This document shows, piece by piece, positions 1 through 13,609 of a stretch of DNA of 64,000 bases. The stretch spans positions 35,650,001-35,714,000 of the forward strand of contig OX597821.1 of assembly GCA_951406725.2 (NCBI GenBank), given 5' to 3'. The position numbers and the translations under genes were made by a program. This DNA is from Octopus vulgaris. Its lineage: Eukaryota. Below the pieces are notes generated by a model that had not been told where the DNA came from, searched no databases, and saw only the letters and a list, made by a program, of their open reading frames with translations. Positions within the stretch are counted from its first letter, which is position 1, and each line of letters begins with the position of its first letter.

Positions 1-44
1 TACATACATACATACATACACACACATACATAAACCTCAATAAA

Positions 45-261
45 AGGTAAGCGTGGCTGTGCGGTAAGAAACTCTCTTCCCAACCACATGGTTCTGAGTT
101 GACACCCACAGCGTGTCTTCTACTATAGCCTGGGTCCGACCAAAGCCATGAGAGTGGATCTAATTGAAAGATGGTCGTCGTATATGTGTGTATGCGTGTG
201 TGTGTTTGTGTGTTTGTGTGTGTGTGTGTGTTTTTGTGTGTGTGTGTGTATATGTGTGTTT

Positions 262-305
<44 letters not shown>

Positions 306-506
306 ACGTGTTTGTGTTTGTCCTCACACCATCGCTTGACAACTGACGTTGGTCGCTTTACGTCCTCGAAACTTAGCGGTTCGGCAAAAGAATCAATAGA
401 ATAAGTACCAGGCTTACAAACAATAAAACCTGGGCTCCATTTCTTTAGACTAAAGGCGATACTTCAGCATGGTGACAGCCAAATGGCTGAAAAAAGGAAA
501 AGAATA
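45..506 (+). mobile_element. tRNA-derived SINE family A, diverged copy
   Basis: A-box-like GTGGCTGTGCGGTAAG, B-box-like GGTTCTGAGTT, internal (TG)n, ACTTAGCGGTTCGGCAAAAG-GATAGAATAAGTAC 3' part shared with about 12 other copies in the window. Confidence 0.85.
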
Positions 507-926
507 CTAGATCTGAAACAGAGATTTAGGACAGTGAAAGGGAACTGTGTACAGTTATAGAAGTCAGCTGTGCAGCGGATGTTAACATAAAGCTACAGAT
601 CATCGAGAAAGAAAATACCTTCGATGAACTATTGAAAGATCTACCGTTACTCTATCCTGCTTACAAGTTCATGATTATAATTGTAAATATTGGGGAAATG
701 GTATATGTAACAGACGGCCTAAATGCCAATCTTGAGAAATTAAGCTTCTCACAGTCAAACAGGACCTGTTAAAATCTGTAAAATTTTCCAGAATTTTATC
801 ATTTAAGTACATATGCGCATGCCGTGACATGCAACTATATGTATAAGAAGGCATACGTAAAACAAAACATACGATCTTTCCATTCACTGAATAACAAAAA
901 TACACACATGCATACACACGCATATA

Positions 927-988
<62 letters not shown>

Positions 989-1112
989 ATATAAGTATAC
1001 ACACAAGCAAAATGCCACGTGGTGTCATCTGAAATATGCATCAAATAAACGGTTAGTCGGGCTTAGTTGAATAGCATTGTTGTGTATCTAACATCATCAG
1101 ATGTGCCAAGAT

Positions 1113-1200
1113 CATCATCATAATCATTATTATTATCATCACCATTATCATCATCACCGCCACCATCACCACCGCCATCACCGCCAGCATCACCCCCCCT

Positions 1201-1281
<81 letters not shown>
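1113..1281. repeat. (CAT)n microsatellite
   Basis: direct reading; explains the poly-H/poly-M ORFs. Confidence 0.95.
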
Positions 1282-1282
<1 letters not shown>

Positions 1283-1593
1283 CAGCAGCAACAACTTCGT
1301 CCACATCATTTTCGGCATTATTGTTTAATCGAATTTTTCAGTTAAGCTAACTGATTTAGATTCAATTTCACGCTTAGCTGGCGGGAATTTCAACTTTGGT
1401 GATTTGTCAGAATTGGAGTTCCTTTGATTTGCATAGAATAATGGGATCACATTTTTCTTCTTTTTTTTTTTCTAAACATAGAGTTGTTCGAACCCCGCCG
1501 ACCATTTTTCATATCGTATTTGTATCATCCTTTCCGACACACAAAATACTAACACGCAATGAGACAAGTCCATTTTTAGATACACATAAACAA

Positions 1594-1596
<3 letters not shown>

Positions 1597-1641
<45 letters not shown>

Positions 1642-1648
1642 ACACACA

Positions 1649-1708
<60 letters not shown>

Positions 1709-1901
1709 TATATATACACACACATATATATTTACATGCATATATATATATATATACACCACACACATATATATATATACATACATACATACATACATAC
1801 ATGCATACATACATGCATACATACATACATACATCCATCCATCCATACATACATACATACATACATACATACATACATACATACATACATACATACATAC
1901 A
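1597..1901. repeat. compound (CA)n/(TA)n/(CATA)n microsatellite, representative of dozens of similar tracts
   Basis: direct reading. Confidence 0.95.
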
Positions 1902-1996
1902 TGTATACATATGCATGTGTGTATCTATATATTATTTTATGATTAAATGAAATTACATTCGATTCGAGAGAATGTAAGCAAACATCTTGAAGCAAT

Positions 1997-2096
1997 NNNN
2001 NNNNNNNNNNNNNNNNNNNNNNNNNNNNNNNNNNNNNNNNNNNNNNNNNNNNNNNNNNNNNNNNNNNNNNNNNNNNNNNNNNNNNNNNNNNNNNNN
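1997..2096. other. assembly gap (100 N)
   Basis: run of n. Confidence 1.
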
Positions 2097-2173
2097 AATA
2101 TGGTTGTCTTCATATTTCGTAATGACATAAAACTGAGCTCACCTTTATGGAAATTGAAATTTTCTCTCAAATA

Positions 2174-2322
2174 TTGCTTCCAAATTTTGGCGTAAGAGCA
2201 GCAACTTATGGAGGCGGGGATACATAGATCACATTGATTACATAGATGACAAAGTTCAATTGGTACTTATTCTATCAAACCTAAAAAGATGAAAGGTCGA
2301 GTCAACCGCGCTGGAAATTTAC
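2174..2322 (-). mobile_element. SINE family D (Nin/Deu-domain-like), degraded 3' part
   Basis: TTCCAAATTTTGG...TGGTACTTATTCTATC...GATGAAAGG matches the reverse complement of other family D copies. Confidence 0.7.
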
Positions 2323-2784
2323 TTTCAAATATTGAAGCAAAATTAAATTCAAAAATTCACAATTGAAGAAATTTTTTCACTTTTCTTTTAATCAGTCATT
2401 ATAATACTCCTATAACAGACACAGATACACTCACACGGATACCTTTCAAGAGAAACACAGACACACGCAGAGACAGATCAAACCATTAAATGGAAAACAG
2501 AGAAAAACAGAAATATAGCAACCACTAGCAAGACGTCTTGCCAATCTAATAAACATCACTTAAATACATCACGTCATTACGGTAAAAACATATGTATACA
2601 TAAGCGTTTCAAGTAACTCACAAATACAAAAATCGCACAAGCATAGAAACCGTTAAAAACAGATGTCATAAATAAGAAATAACTCAGCATGAAACGTCAT
2701 TGTTTGCCTATCAAATATTAGTATTTTTCTGTTAAGAACAAACTGTTGAAGGCAATACAATACTTGAAAGCAATATTATCGCGA

Positions 2785-3128
2785 AGGCAGTAAAAAAGCT
2801 TGTTCGGGGTTCAGTCCTACAGTGCTTAATTTTAGGTAAGTAACTTCTACAATAACCCAGGACCGAACAAGGCCTTGCGAGCGGCTGTGATAGACGGGAA
2901 TTGAATACCCACCGTATATGTTGTGTAAAGACTTGTATCTTTGTGTTTGGGGCTGTTTGTTTCCTATCACCATCACTTGGTAACCAGTGTTGGTGTGTTT
3001 ACGTAACCGTAACTTAGCGGCTAAGATAAAGAAATCAATGGAGTAAAGGCATTACTTTTAAATATTAAGTAGCAAATCGACTGCAAAACATTGCGCCTGC
3101 ATGGGTGCAGTCCAATGACTGAAGGAAA
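2785..3128 (+). mobile_element. SINE family A, old degraded copy
   Basis: GGGTTCAGTCC, GCCTTGCGAG, CGTAACTTAGCGG and GCAGTCCAATGACTGAA occur in family order. Confidence 0.7.
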
Positions 3129-3138
3129 TTACACACAA

Positions 3139-3221
<83 letters not shown>

Positions 3222-3398
3222 CACGACACGGACACGGACACACATACACACACGCAGAGTCAACAAGCAAACGTTACTATTTTCATGTCATAAAGTCCCT
3301 CTGCATCGACGTTCATCAAGCGTTGAAATGTTATAATTATAGGTTTTCACATTGAAGGTTTCCCTCAAGTTAAATCAGATCAACAAAATCGAGAGTCA

Positions 3399-3799
3399 TC
3401 TTTATATATAAAAGTGAAGTTGTGTGAGTGTCTGTCTCCTACGATTTAGATTCCTAACTACTCCCACATTTTGCGGTGCAGTTTAACCAAAACCGGGTAT
3501 CTTATAGTCGTGATTCATATCGAGCCCTTCTGAGTATTAGCGCGCGTCTACGATGAGTCTACGATTTAAAAAAAAAATTACCATCATTTTTTCCATTTTA
3601 ATGCATTTTTTCACTATTATATAAGGGAAGTAACTCTCTAAAAATGTCTACGATGAGTCAACGATTTAAAAAAGAATTTACCATAATTTCTTTTCCATTT
3701 TTAATGCCTTTTTTGGCTATTTTTTGGCTATAACTCTCTAAAAATGCTTATATAGTTATTTCCCTTACAAACCCGAGCAACGCCGGGCGATACTGCTAG
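3399..3799 (+). mobile_element. non-autonomous Helitron, complete (401 bp)
   Basis: 5' TCTTTATATATAAAAG; 3' hairpin CCCGAGCAACGCCGGG (3772-3787) then CTAG; inserted between A3398 and T3800 as expected for Helitrons; internal duplication 3547-3610/3646-3713. Confidence 0.9.
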
Positions 3800-4363
3800 T
3801 CATCATATAATTTTCAAACTGACTTAACAGTCTAAACACAATATTGTGAATGTTAATTTTCAGCCGTTTAATACGACTTAGTCATCTTCATGTTATTGTG
3901 AAACGTCTGACTTAAGAGTCGAACTACTTGTAAGAGTACACTTGCAGTTGTTTAACGCAGGTGCAGTCAGAAACTTGAACACGTATTTATAATGAACGCA
4001 TTCTATCCATCAGCATTCTATATTTTGGTTTCAGACATAACATATACAATATATGTAGGAGGCGGGGTTGAGATATTTGGTTGCCATTGATGCCTTGATG
4101 TTTGATTAGATAAAGGAGCTGGCGGTCAGAGTAAACCCTTGTGGAAAGAATTTATTGTAGGGATGCATATTTAATCTAAATGGATAAAAGGTTTTTAAGT
4201 AACTAATAAATGTGTTACACATCAGTGAATTAGTGATTATTTCGTCTGAGAATAATGGTTTACACCCAAAATATTTGGCAAAATCTAACATGTAATAACA
4301 CAAACATACGCACACGTAGATATAGTTTCACACAGACATAGACATCTATAAGCAAAGGGAGCG

Positions 4364-4410
<47 letters not shown>

Positions 4411-5254
4411 GAGTAATAGAGACTGAGAAAAAGACGTAGCGAGATGTCAATACAGAAGGGAATGTTTTGTGACATAGAAGTTTTATGAATACAGACGTAT
4501 GGCTGAAAGACTTCCATCTGCATAATTCTCGAAATAGTATGGATTTTATAGGATGGAATTAACCATTTGGGAATTTAGTTCGGTAATATTTTATTCTTTC
4601 AAAATATTTCCCTTATGATTAATTCTACTGAGTATTCCGCAATGTGTGTTAAATTTGATATAGAAGCGCATCGAATAATTTGTTACGACATATGGACATT
4701 GGAATACATACAGTTAAATGTTTAAAAGAATCCGAGTTTGAGATATCTCAACGCTGGATGCAATAGTCACACAATAATGCCTGTTATTAAAATATAGCAA
4801 TGGAATTACCGATTCTCTTTACGTTTGATGATAACAAAAAGAAATCTCTTGAAACCAATACCTCGTAGACCGAAATAAATAATAGAAATCGTGGAGTTCG
4901 GTTTTACGCGCAGATCAAAGTTTGTAAGGAGATTATCGGCTACATACTGAAATTGTTCAGGGAATTTGTTAGTAATACATTTAAATATGCGTTAATCACT
5001 CACTGTCACAATATAAAATATTAATACTGCAAGATAAAATTCAATAGACTCGTAATTTGTATTATTCAAATTTGTTGGTGGATAATGTTATTGCTATTCA
5101 TGTTAATGTTTCCCTATAAATTGTGGGTGTGTCTAATTTGGAGTAGTAAAAGAAAGAAGACATTGGAGCAAAGGTATATAGGAAATTAAAGTACATATTT
5201 AAGTGACTCAGAGGGAACTGAAGGTAAGCAAATCTCTGGCCAACAAACTGACTT

Positions 5255-5665
5255 CCTCTTCTGGGTAGTCTCCTTGTTTAAGTTGGCGAATGCTGCCATA
5301 ATCCTTGCCTTCAGTTCATCTACAAGGAATTTTGTTGGTCTCACGCCCAACTGTACCCCACACATAATAATCAGGTAGGGGGTGCAGTCTTGAGACTTAG
5401 GTTGACAGATGTTAGGGTGATGTGGTCGCACAAATTGCCAAACAGACTTGACTGGGTTCTCCTGCTTATGTGACATTATGCAGAGTCCTGTTGCCAGACA
5501 TAGGGTCTTCCAGCAGCCATCCCTTGATCCAGGGAAGCACTACCTTCTCCAGGCACTTGATGTATGCCTCCGTGTTTAGTGTGAGGCTGTATGAGAAGAT
5601 GGATGGAAGCATAACGTCGCCATCATTACAGATCACTCCAAACACCATGATGTTGACTGGATGTT
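5255..5665 (-). mobile_element. Tc1/mariner (DD37D/maT-like) transposase pseudogene, catalytic-domain fragment
   Basis: frameshifted MVFGVICNDGDVM..LNTEAYIKCLEKVVLPWIK..QQDSA..DYYVWG..DELKARIMAAFANLNK. Confidence 0.85.
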
Positions 5666-7188
5666 TGGGAGGCTGGAACGTAATTTTTCTGATGAATGGT
5701 GGCTATTCACGGCTTAATATTATGTCCTAAGTGTGAAATCAAACTTACCTTATTTCACCCACCATTCACTAACCTATATGGCATCGAAGACTTTCTATAG
5801 AAATGTAAGTTTAATCGTGCATAAATTATTTGTACCTAGCGAGGCAAAGAAGATCCTGCATTTTAGGTATAAAAAGAAGAGTGAATGATAGGTTTATCGG
5901 GCCAACATAATTGATATAAAAGGTCTTAAAATGAGGGTGAATAAGAAAGGAAGAGTATAAGTGATTGAGTGTAGAAAAGTTGTTTCTCTGTATGTATCTG
6001 ACTATCTCTATAGAGACAAAAACCGTGTTTTACTTACTACATTCTTTGCCAAAAATCTGTATTGACCAGACTTGATTCTCTGACAGAAACATCACTCAGT
6101 CATATGGTTTGCCATCTTCTTAGCAACAACAGTTAGAAAGCTACTTCATTACAGTTATACGGAAGATTAAAAATATTATCGTGTTTTACGTAAAGACAAA
6201 CAGGTGGAGGTGCAGTCATTTTTATTTAGAGTTTGTTGGCAAAGTTGCAGAAAATGTTAACATTCGAAAGCAATTCAATAAGCCAAGTATATTAAATCGT
6301 TGTCTTAGAAATCTAACACTAATTTCCCAGAAATATAGTTAATAGCTACATAGAACACACTATTATTTATCGTTTTTTAACAACCGTTTCCTGCCGTGGA
6401 AACACACTAATCAGTGTGAATAAACATCAGCATTTATCACGCATACTATAAAAAGGACTACTCGTATCTTAAAGCAATGAACACGTAAGGAATGGCATAG
6501 ATTTTTGAATTAAGGGTAATAGAACTATATTTGCTAAATGTTCTCCAATAAACGAATTGATGTTTTTGTTGCTGTTTAACATCAGCTGAACTCTGTCTCA
6601 GACCAAAGGCATTACAAGGCTATCGACCAGACTTATCGCCTGACAAAGAATATCTAGGACAGTATTATACAATGTGTACTTGGATTTTCTGAAGATATGC
6701 TGTAACTAAAAGGTATCGAGTTGCTATATCTGGTTGTCCAAGCGATCAAGCATAGAAACTATATGAATAGAGTTCGCAATGAGGTGATTTTGTTTCTTTT
6801 ATATTTGCTGAGAGACTGCTTTGAAGACTTATTGTCGAACTAATTTTCTTTGAAAATCGGGTATTATTATTATTGATCCTACTTATCAAACAACTATGTT
6901 ACTGGGGAATAAACAAACCAGTAACAGATTTCAAACGGTGACTACGGGCGATCACAGTCAGAAACACACACACACGCAAACACACACGCACTCACACATG
7001 CACACTATTTCTATTTATCCGTATCTATATCTATCTATCTATCTATCCCTCTCTCTCACTATATATAGTGGAAGAGCGCCAAAAGCAACATTTCAAAGCG
7101 AGTTTCTTTACCACATGCATGTCTCAAAATAACAGTAAAGAAATATAGGAGAATTAATTGTTAAAATATTATATGTCAGTGTCAATGT

Positions 7189-7345
7189 CGGTTTCAAATT
7201 TTGGCAAAAGGCCAGCAATTTCGAGAAGGATGTAAATCGATTATATCGAACCCAATGTTCATTTGTTACACATTTTCATCGACTCCGAAAAAACGAAAGG
7301 CAGAGTCGACTTCGGATAAATTTGAATTCAAAACATAAGACAGAC
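7189..7345 (-). mobile_element. SINE family D copy
   Basis: GGTTTCAAATTTTGGCAAAAGGCCAGC...GAAAGGCAGAGTCGAC...ATTTGAATTCA. Confidence 0.75.
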
Positions 7346-7360
7346 AAAATAACGAAATGG

Positions 7361-7436
<76 letters not shown>

Positions 7437-7475
7437 CAGATAGATAGATACATAGATGGATAGATAGATAAATAA

Positions 7476-7519
<44 letters not shown>

Positions 7520-7811
7520 GTGCGCGCACGCACACAATCGCACAGACATATACACACATATACATATACACATACATACATCCATACATACTTACATACA
7601 TACATGCATGCATACATATATATTTTCAAATTAAATTTATTAGTGGATATATTTACATATACGGAACGGCATTAGTTAATCACACCCGACGACCAGTAAT
7701 TGAATTGAAAATATTTACTGAAAATATTTTTGTTTGTTTGCTGAACTAAAAGTCATATTTAAATATGTAATTACGTGTAAAAACCAAGAGAAATATGAAT
7801 TATTGACACAC

Positions 7812-7870
<59 letters not shown>

Positions 7871-8448
7871 TATATTAAATTAGAGACAAAACCACTATTA
7901 GGCAAATCAAACAATGAAAAACTTAAGTTTGGATTTATTCCTTAATATTTATTATATATATATATATATGCATAAACAAGCTTCTTAAATGTGTGTGTGC
8001 ATTAATATGTGTTTATTCCCGCTAGCAACATTGCAGTATAGCTGCAACTATACGCGCACGCACACACATAAATAAATAAACAAATAAATAAACATACCTA
8101 CACTCGAATACATACAGTCAAACATACTCAAGCACACACAAGCAAACATACTCAAACACACACAAATTTTCAAATTTCTAAATGTTTCTTTTTTGACGTA
8201 CTCATTTTCAGGGGTCTGCTAAGTGTCAATATTTAAAGGTATTAAAATACATTTTTAAATATTCTCAATTTTAAGATGTTTTGAATGAGATATTTAATAA
8301 ATTGTGCTGTTTTACATTCGACTACAATTGTACCTTACAGACACATATTCCTTTGTCAATATATCTACGTAAATTTGTAGATAGGCATGCATGTATGTAT
8401 GTTTCTATCTATACATTTAACTATGAATATATGAGTATATATATATAT

Positions 8449-8645
8449 TAGAAGAAATGAGGTAATCAGAAGATCGGATGGTTCATATTTACAGATATTT
8501 ATTTATATATTACATTTTTTACATATATATATCATATCATTCAGATCATTAGCGCTTTCTCCCATTCTAGTGGGGTTTTCAAATCAAAATAATTCCTTTG
8601 TGGGGAATTTTAATCATTTTATTGAGTTTCGTAGTGGTGTACTTA
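8449..8645 (-). mobile_element. Penelope-like short repeat with hammerhead-like motif (U3-A8 core)
   Basis: TA-flanked; minus strand TTGAAAA-cccca/tggga-GAAA-GCGC-TA followed by AATAAA. Confidence 0.5.
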
Positions 8646-8822
8646 CATATATATATGTAAGTACATATGTGTATGTACGCGCGCACGTGTGTGTGCTCGT
8701 GGCTGGGCTGTTACGGGTGCTGCAATCCTGGTATTAACATTATGGATTCGCAGCGAATATATCCATCGCAGAATTCGGGGTCCGGCGTATGACTCGGTAA
8801 AATCTTGTGATCCTTTTTGATG

Positions 8823-9362
8823 TATATCCCCAAAAGAAACCGGTATTTTCCAATATTTTATCCACTGACTTTTACGTGTTTACATTTTTATCACCTTCAA
8901 AGTGTTTTCCACTTGAAGCAATGCATCGGTCCAGGCGCAATTTTCCACTATTCGAAGCAGTGCAGGAATTCTTACGTGATGCCTTTTAACACCTCCGCCG
9001 TTTTTATCTTCACCTCATCCACATCTGCACATTCCCTAGTACCAGCTTCCGTCATCAGTGTCGACCTTCCAAAAAAAGGCCCGGATCAACTTCCAACTTT
9101 CAGTTCACGACACGCATTAGGTCATAACTGCTTTTGATCTTCCCTGAGCAAGCGATGCACAATTTTTGCTGCAACTCTTTTTATTTGCAATTCGTAGTTC
9201 AAAATTTGTTGGCAGGTGCTCCAGGACTTACCAATCACATCAACAAGTTCATCAGTTGTTCGATGACGGTCGTCCAAGATCAGTTTATGACTATTTATGT
9301 CGTTTTCTTTCGTTCAGGAGGTCGACGGTCGTCATGAATGAGTCTGGTCTTCAACCGACAAA
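8823..9362 (-). mobile_element. mariner transposase pseudogene, internally deleted
   Basis: SVEDQ..RPSTS..LILDDRHRTTDELVDVIGKSWSTCQQIL..KRVAAK joined to C-terminal ADVDEVK..RLDRCIASSGKHFEGDK; most of the DDD domain is missing. Confidence 0.8.
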
Positions 9363-9432
9363 AGAATTGTAAACTTATGTTTTAATTTAGTAGATTAATA
9401 CGTACATGCACACAAACACACATACGCATATG

Positions 9433-9466
<34 letters not shown>

Positions 9467-9516
9467 TGTATGTATGTATGTATGTATGTATGTATGTATG
9501 TATGTATGTATGTGTG

Positions 9517-9606
<90 letters not shown>

Positions 9607-9644
9607 TATGTATGTATGTATGTATTATATATATAGTCAATATG

Positions 9645-9845
9645 TGACCACGTGTGTATCGTTGGCGATTTTTTTCCTCCGTCTTCCCTTCCTTGGACCT
9701 TTCCTTTTCCTATGTTTCTGACGAAGAGCTCCGCCCGAAACGTTAAATCCTCCTTCTTTCTTTCCTTTCCCGAACGTCCAATAACACTATACTTGTTCTA
9801 CGTCCTCGCCTTGTTGCGTTTTTCTCTTTGTGTTTTCATGTTTAT
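9645..9845 (+). mobile_element. Penelope-like short repeat (same family as 60417-60603)
   Basis: about 180 bp homology to 60417-60603; flanked by (TA)n; contains a hammerhead motif. Confidence 0.75.
9714..9748 (+). ncRNA. minimal type-I hammerhead ribozyme, canonical core
   Basis: gttt-CTGACGA-a-gagc(tcc)gccc-GAAA-cg-TT-aaat; palindromic AACGTT stem III. Confidence 0.7.
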
Positions 9846-10518
9846 GTATATATATATATATATATATATAAATGTATATTTATTTATGTATGTGTGAGTG
9901 TGTGCGTGTGTATGTTTGCAGATATAGATTTTCATAAGTTAAGGTACATACGTAAGAGATAATAAAAATGCATGCTATTTTAATTTCGTATTAGTTGTAC
10001 AAGATTCTTCATTTGAAAACAACTGAAACAGCTATTACTGTATTTTATAGCATGAAAAATCATTTTGCCGATAACGAACACACGCACTGGTTCTTTTTTA
10101 TATTTTACAATAATACAAAATATTTTATATTTTGTATTATTAGTGAACAAGTTAATCAAACATGAAGTTATCTAGCACATTGCTTTTTGAAGCATTAGAT
10201 AATTAATCTTTCGAACAGAAATATATCTTATAAATAGGTTGCATTTTCATTTTTTCTGCTTATGTTGCTCTTCCGTTGTTATTTATATAGAGACAATAGA
10301 ATTTTATCTGCAATTGTGTGTATTCACTCAAACAAAGCTATCTACACATATATACATCCTTCAACGTGCTGACACATACTCACTCACATATATATATATA
10401 CACAAACGCATAAACGCACTCGAATACACACACACGTTCACACACGCTCACACATAAACACACACACACACATGCACACACACTCACACACACTCACACA
10501 CACACATACACACACACA

Positions 10519-10566
<48 letters not shown>

Positions 10567-10568
10567 AT

Positions 10569-10613
<45 letters not shown>

Positions 10614-10617
10614 CATA

Positions 10618-10910
10618 TCTATTATATAAAATCCGTTCTGTCTGTCAGTCTGTGTATCTTCTAGGATTTCGGGCATCCTTCATCCGATTGCGCTCAAATT
10701 TGATACGTAGTTACCGACGGTATCATGGCGTGTATAAGTCTCGAAAAAAATTACAAATATCGATTCCAGATGAGAATGCGATCGATAAAGCCGTGGGGAC
10801 GTGCATTTGTACGCGCAAGTGCATCAGCTGTTGTGTTCGATACTACGCGTACACGAGAAAATTGCACGTGCAGTTTGCGCAAAAAAAAAGCCGGCTGGCT
10901 TGAAATAAAT
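10618..10910 (+). mobile_element. non-autonomous Helitron/Helentron-like element, 5' part
   Basis: A|TCTATTATATAAAATCCGTTCTGTCTGTC start typical of rolling-circle elements; CpG-rich; no clear 3' CTAG end. Confidence 0.6.
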
Positions 10911-11206
10911 CCACAATATGCAGTATATTTAAGAGACCAAAAAAGTAATATGCAAAAGAGATATGTTCTTCAAACTTGGCAGGAAGGAAGGAAAGACTAT
11001 TTGATTAGTCAAGATGTTTTTTCTTTGCCTGAATTCTTTTAACAAAACCAAAAGTTTTATTGAAATAAAGGCATGTAAATTTCGGTCATATGTGTAAATT
11101 TAATTAAACCTAGACTTCCTCATTTTCAATTCATTTCTTGTTTTGGAGTTGTTGAACGAACACTCTGAAACAATCTACATACAAGTTTGTGTGTGTGTGT
11201 GTGTGC

Positions 11207-11240
<34 letters not shown>

Positions 11241-11423
11241 GTATGTGTGTGTTTATGTGTGTGTATGTGTGTGTATGTATGTATTTGTATGTATTTATAT
11301 ATTTGTATATATATGTATGTGTGAATGTGCATGCGCATTTGAGCGTGTGTGTGTGTGTTTGTGTGTGTATGTGTGTATATATGTATGCATATATGTATGT
11401 GTATTTATATATATTTATGTATT

Positions 11424-11470
<47 letters not shown>

Positions 11471-12439
11471 ATGTATGTATGTATCTATCTATATATATAT
11501 ATATATGTATGTATGTATGTATGTGTGTATGTGCGTTCGCGTTTGAGTGTGCGTGTACGTACATATAAGTACATGCAGTATAAGTACGTATAGCAATGTA
11601 TTGATTACTATAGGTGAATCTATACATGGATTTAGTAAGTTTCCAATACCATATAAATATGTGAAAAGATATACCTATGTAATTAATTGACTTTCTGGGA
11701 CAAAAAACAATTGCTTTTCGTGTAAATAAACAAATTCTACGCGTTCGGAATCTCTGTTCTATACGTTAATTAAGATGCTTATTGATTAGTTATGTAAATA
11801 TAGCAATCTGTACGACTGACAACATAAAACTAATTTTATTACACCTATATATTTTGTTTATCTCTTTTACATTAAACCGTTGCCATGCTTGATAAAGTTT
11901 AAATTGCTCATATGTAGCTTTAAGATATATCTCGCGCATGCTATGGGTTGCTTAAATAATGCAATTTCTAAAGAACACCCGCCAACATATATATGCGCGT
12001 GTTCATTTTTAATGGTAAATTCATGTAATATACACATATACGTACATACTTACATCCCCATCAAGTGCCTAGAGCGTAAATAGCAGAAAACATTGATAAG
12101 TAACAAATGTACAGGGCATGTTTACCATATTGAGAGCGATGCCGCTGAAGGATATAGGTTGAACTTAAAAATTAAAACAGTCGCAAATTAAAACACAACC
12201 GACCGGATATTGATGTGAGCGACCACAAAGTTCTGTAGTGGAAATTAGATGGTCCTTGGACACCAATGTGACTAGAAAGATAAATATGAAAGAGGGTATC
12301 TATGGACCATTGAAAACGAGTTTGCATATCGAACACTCGTACATATCACGTAACTGACACTGACTCCAGCTGAGAACTCGTACTGGAGGGAATACCATTT
12401 TCACTACAATAAATTCATTTCCTGGTTCTTTGAATGATA

Positions 12440-12655
12440 CTCTTTTACTCTTTTACTTGTTTCAGTCATTTGACTGCGGCCATGCTGGAGCACCACCTTT
12501 AGTCGAGCAAATCGACCCCCGGACTTATTTTTGTAAGCCCAGTACTTATTCTATCGGTCTCTTTTGCCGAACCGCTAAGTGACGGGGACGTAAACACACC
12601 AGCATCGGTTGTCAAGCAATGCTGGGGGTACAAACACAGACACAAAAACCTATAG

Positions 12656-12725
<70 letters not shown>

Positions 12726-12880
12726 GACAGGCTTCTTACAGTTTCCGTCTACCAAATCCACTCACAAGGCTTTGGTCGGCTATAGCAGAAGACACTTGCC
12801 CAAGGTGCCACGCAGTGGGACTGAACCCGGAACCATGGGGCTGGTAAGCAACCTACTTACCACACAGCCGCTCTTACGTC
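12440..12880 (-). mobile_element. SINE family A, full length
   Basis: tRNA-like head (GGTTCAGTCCC), CORE-like GCACCTTGGGCAAGT, internal (TA)n, (TAAAAGAG)n tail, aTA/TAt flanks. Confidence 0.95.
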
Positions 12881-13415
12881 TATGTTGAAGAAATTATATA
12901 GACTTTACCCAATTGTCAACTTTTTCGCCAAAATATTTGCAGCATCAAGTTCAATTTATGTATATGCCAATTGCCGAGAGAGATGACGAGTACATCTCAC
13001 TTAAGCAAGAGACTTTTGATGTGAGATTTCAAAAGGGCTGTGCAAACAGAAAACGAGTTTGAAATGTTTTACAGTTTCCCTTCAAGTATTTTACTTCCGG
13101 TCCCTTTGCTCGGAAACAAGCCCAGTATGAATGATGTTACACCCAAGGGCGTTTCGTACATTTTCGCCTATCTAGGACATATCTATTATCATCTTTCTTC
13201 CTTTTCAGAAGTGAGGTATGTTTTGATGGATATTTTTCTCCTTATGTTTGGAGGATAAAAGATTATATTGATTCCCTCGTGCATTTGATAGCGAACATTA
13301 TTGGCTATAAGACGAGAATATGTTTTTCAAAATGTCTTTCTCGCATAACAGATAACTTTAAGTGAATTGTGATAGTTCATTTGACTTGTTCACTACCTGG
13401 TACACACATTTTCAG

Positions 13416-13442
13416 GGGTATTTTTATATTGTGGCATACAAG
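13416..13442 (+). other. candidate 27-nt exon
   Basis: ttttcag| acceptor and AG|gtaagt donor. Confidence 0.45.
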
Positions 13443-13528
13443 GTAAGTAAAGCATCAAAATATTCTTATTTAATTTTTAAATATTATAACATTGATATGT
13501 TCTTTTAAATCTATCATTTATATTTCAG

Positions 13529-13609
13529 GGTGTTTCGACAGTCGTTATAGAAGTATTTCGTAATAAATCTACCATCCAGGGATGTTAATACTTCGAATCT
13601 GACCAAACG
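13529..13609 (+). other. candidate 81-nt exon (non-coding or stop-containing)
   Basis: tatttcag| acceptor, CG|gtaagt donor, 86-nt AT-rich intron from the previous exon; stops in all three frames. Confidence 0.45.
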
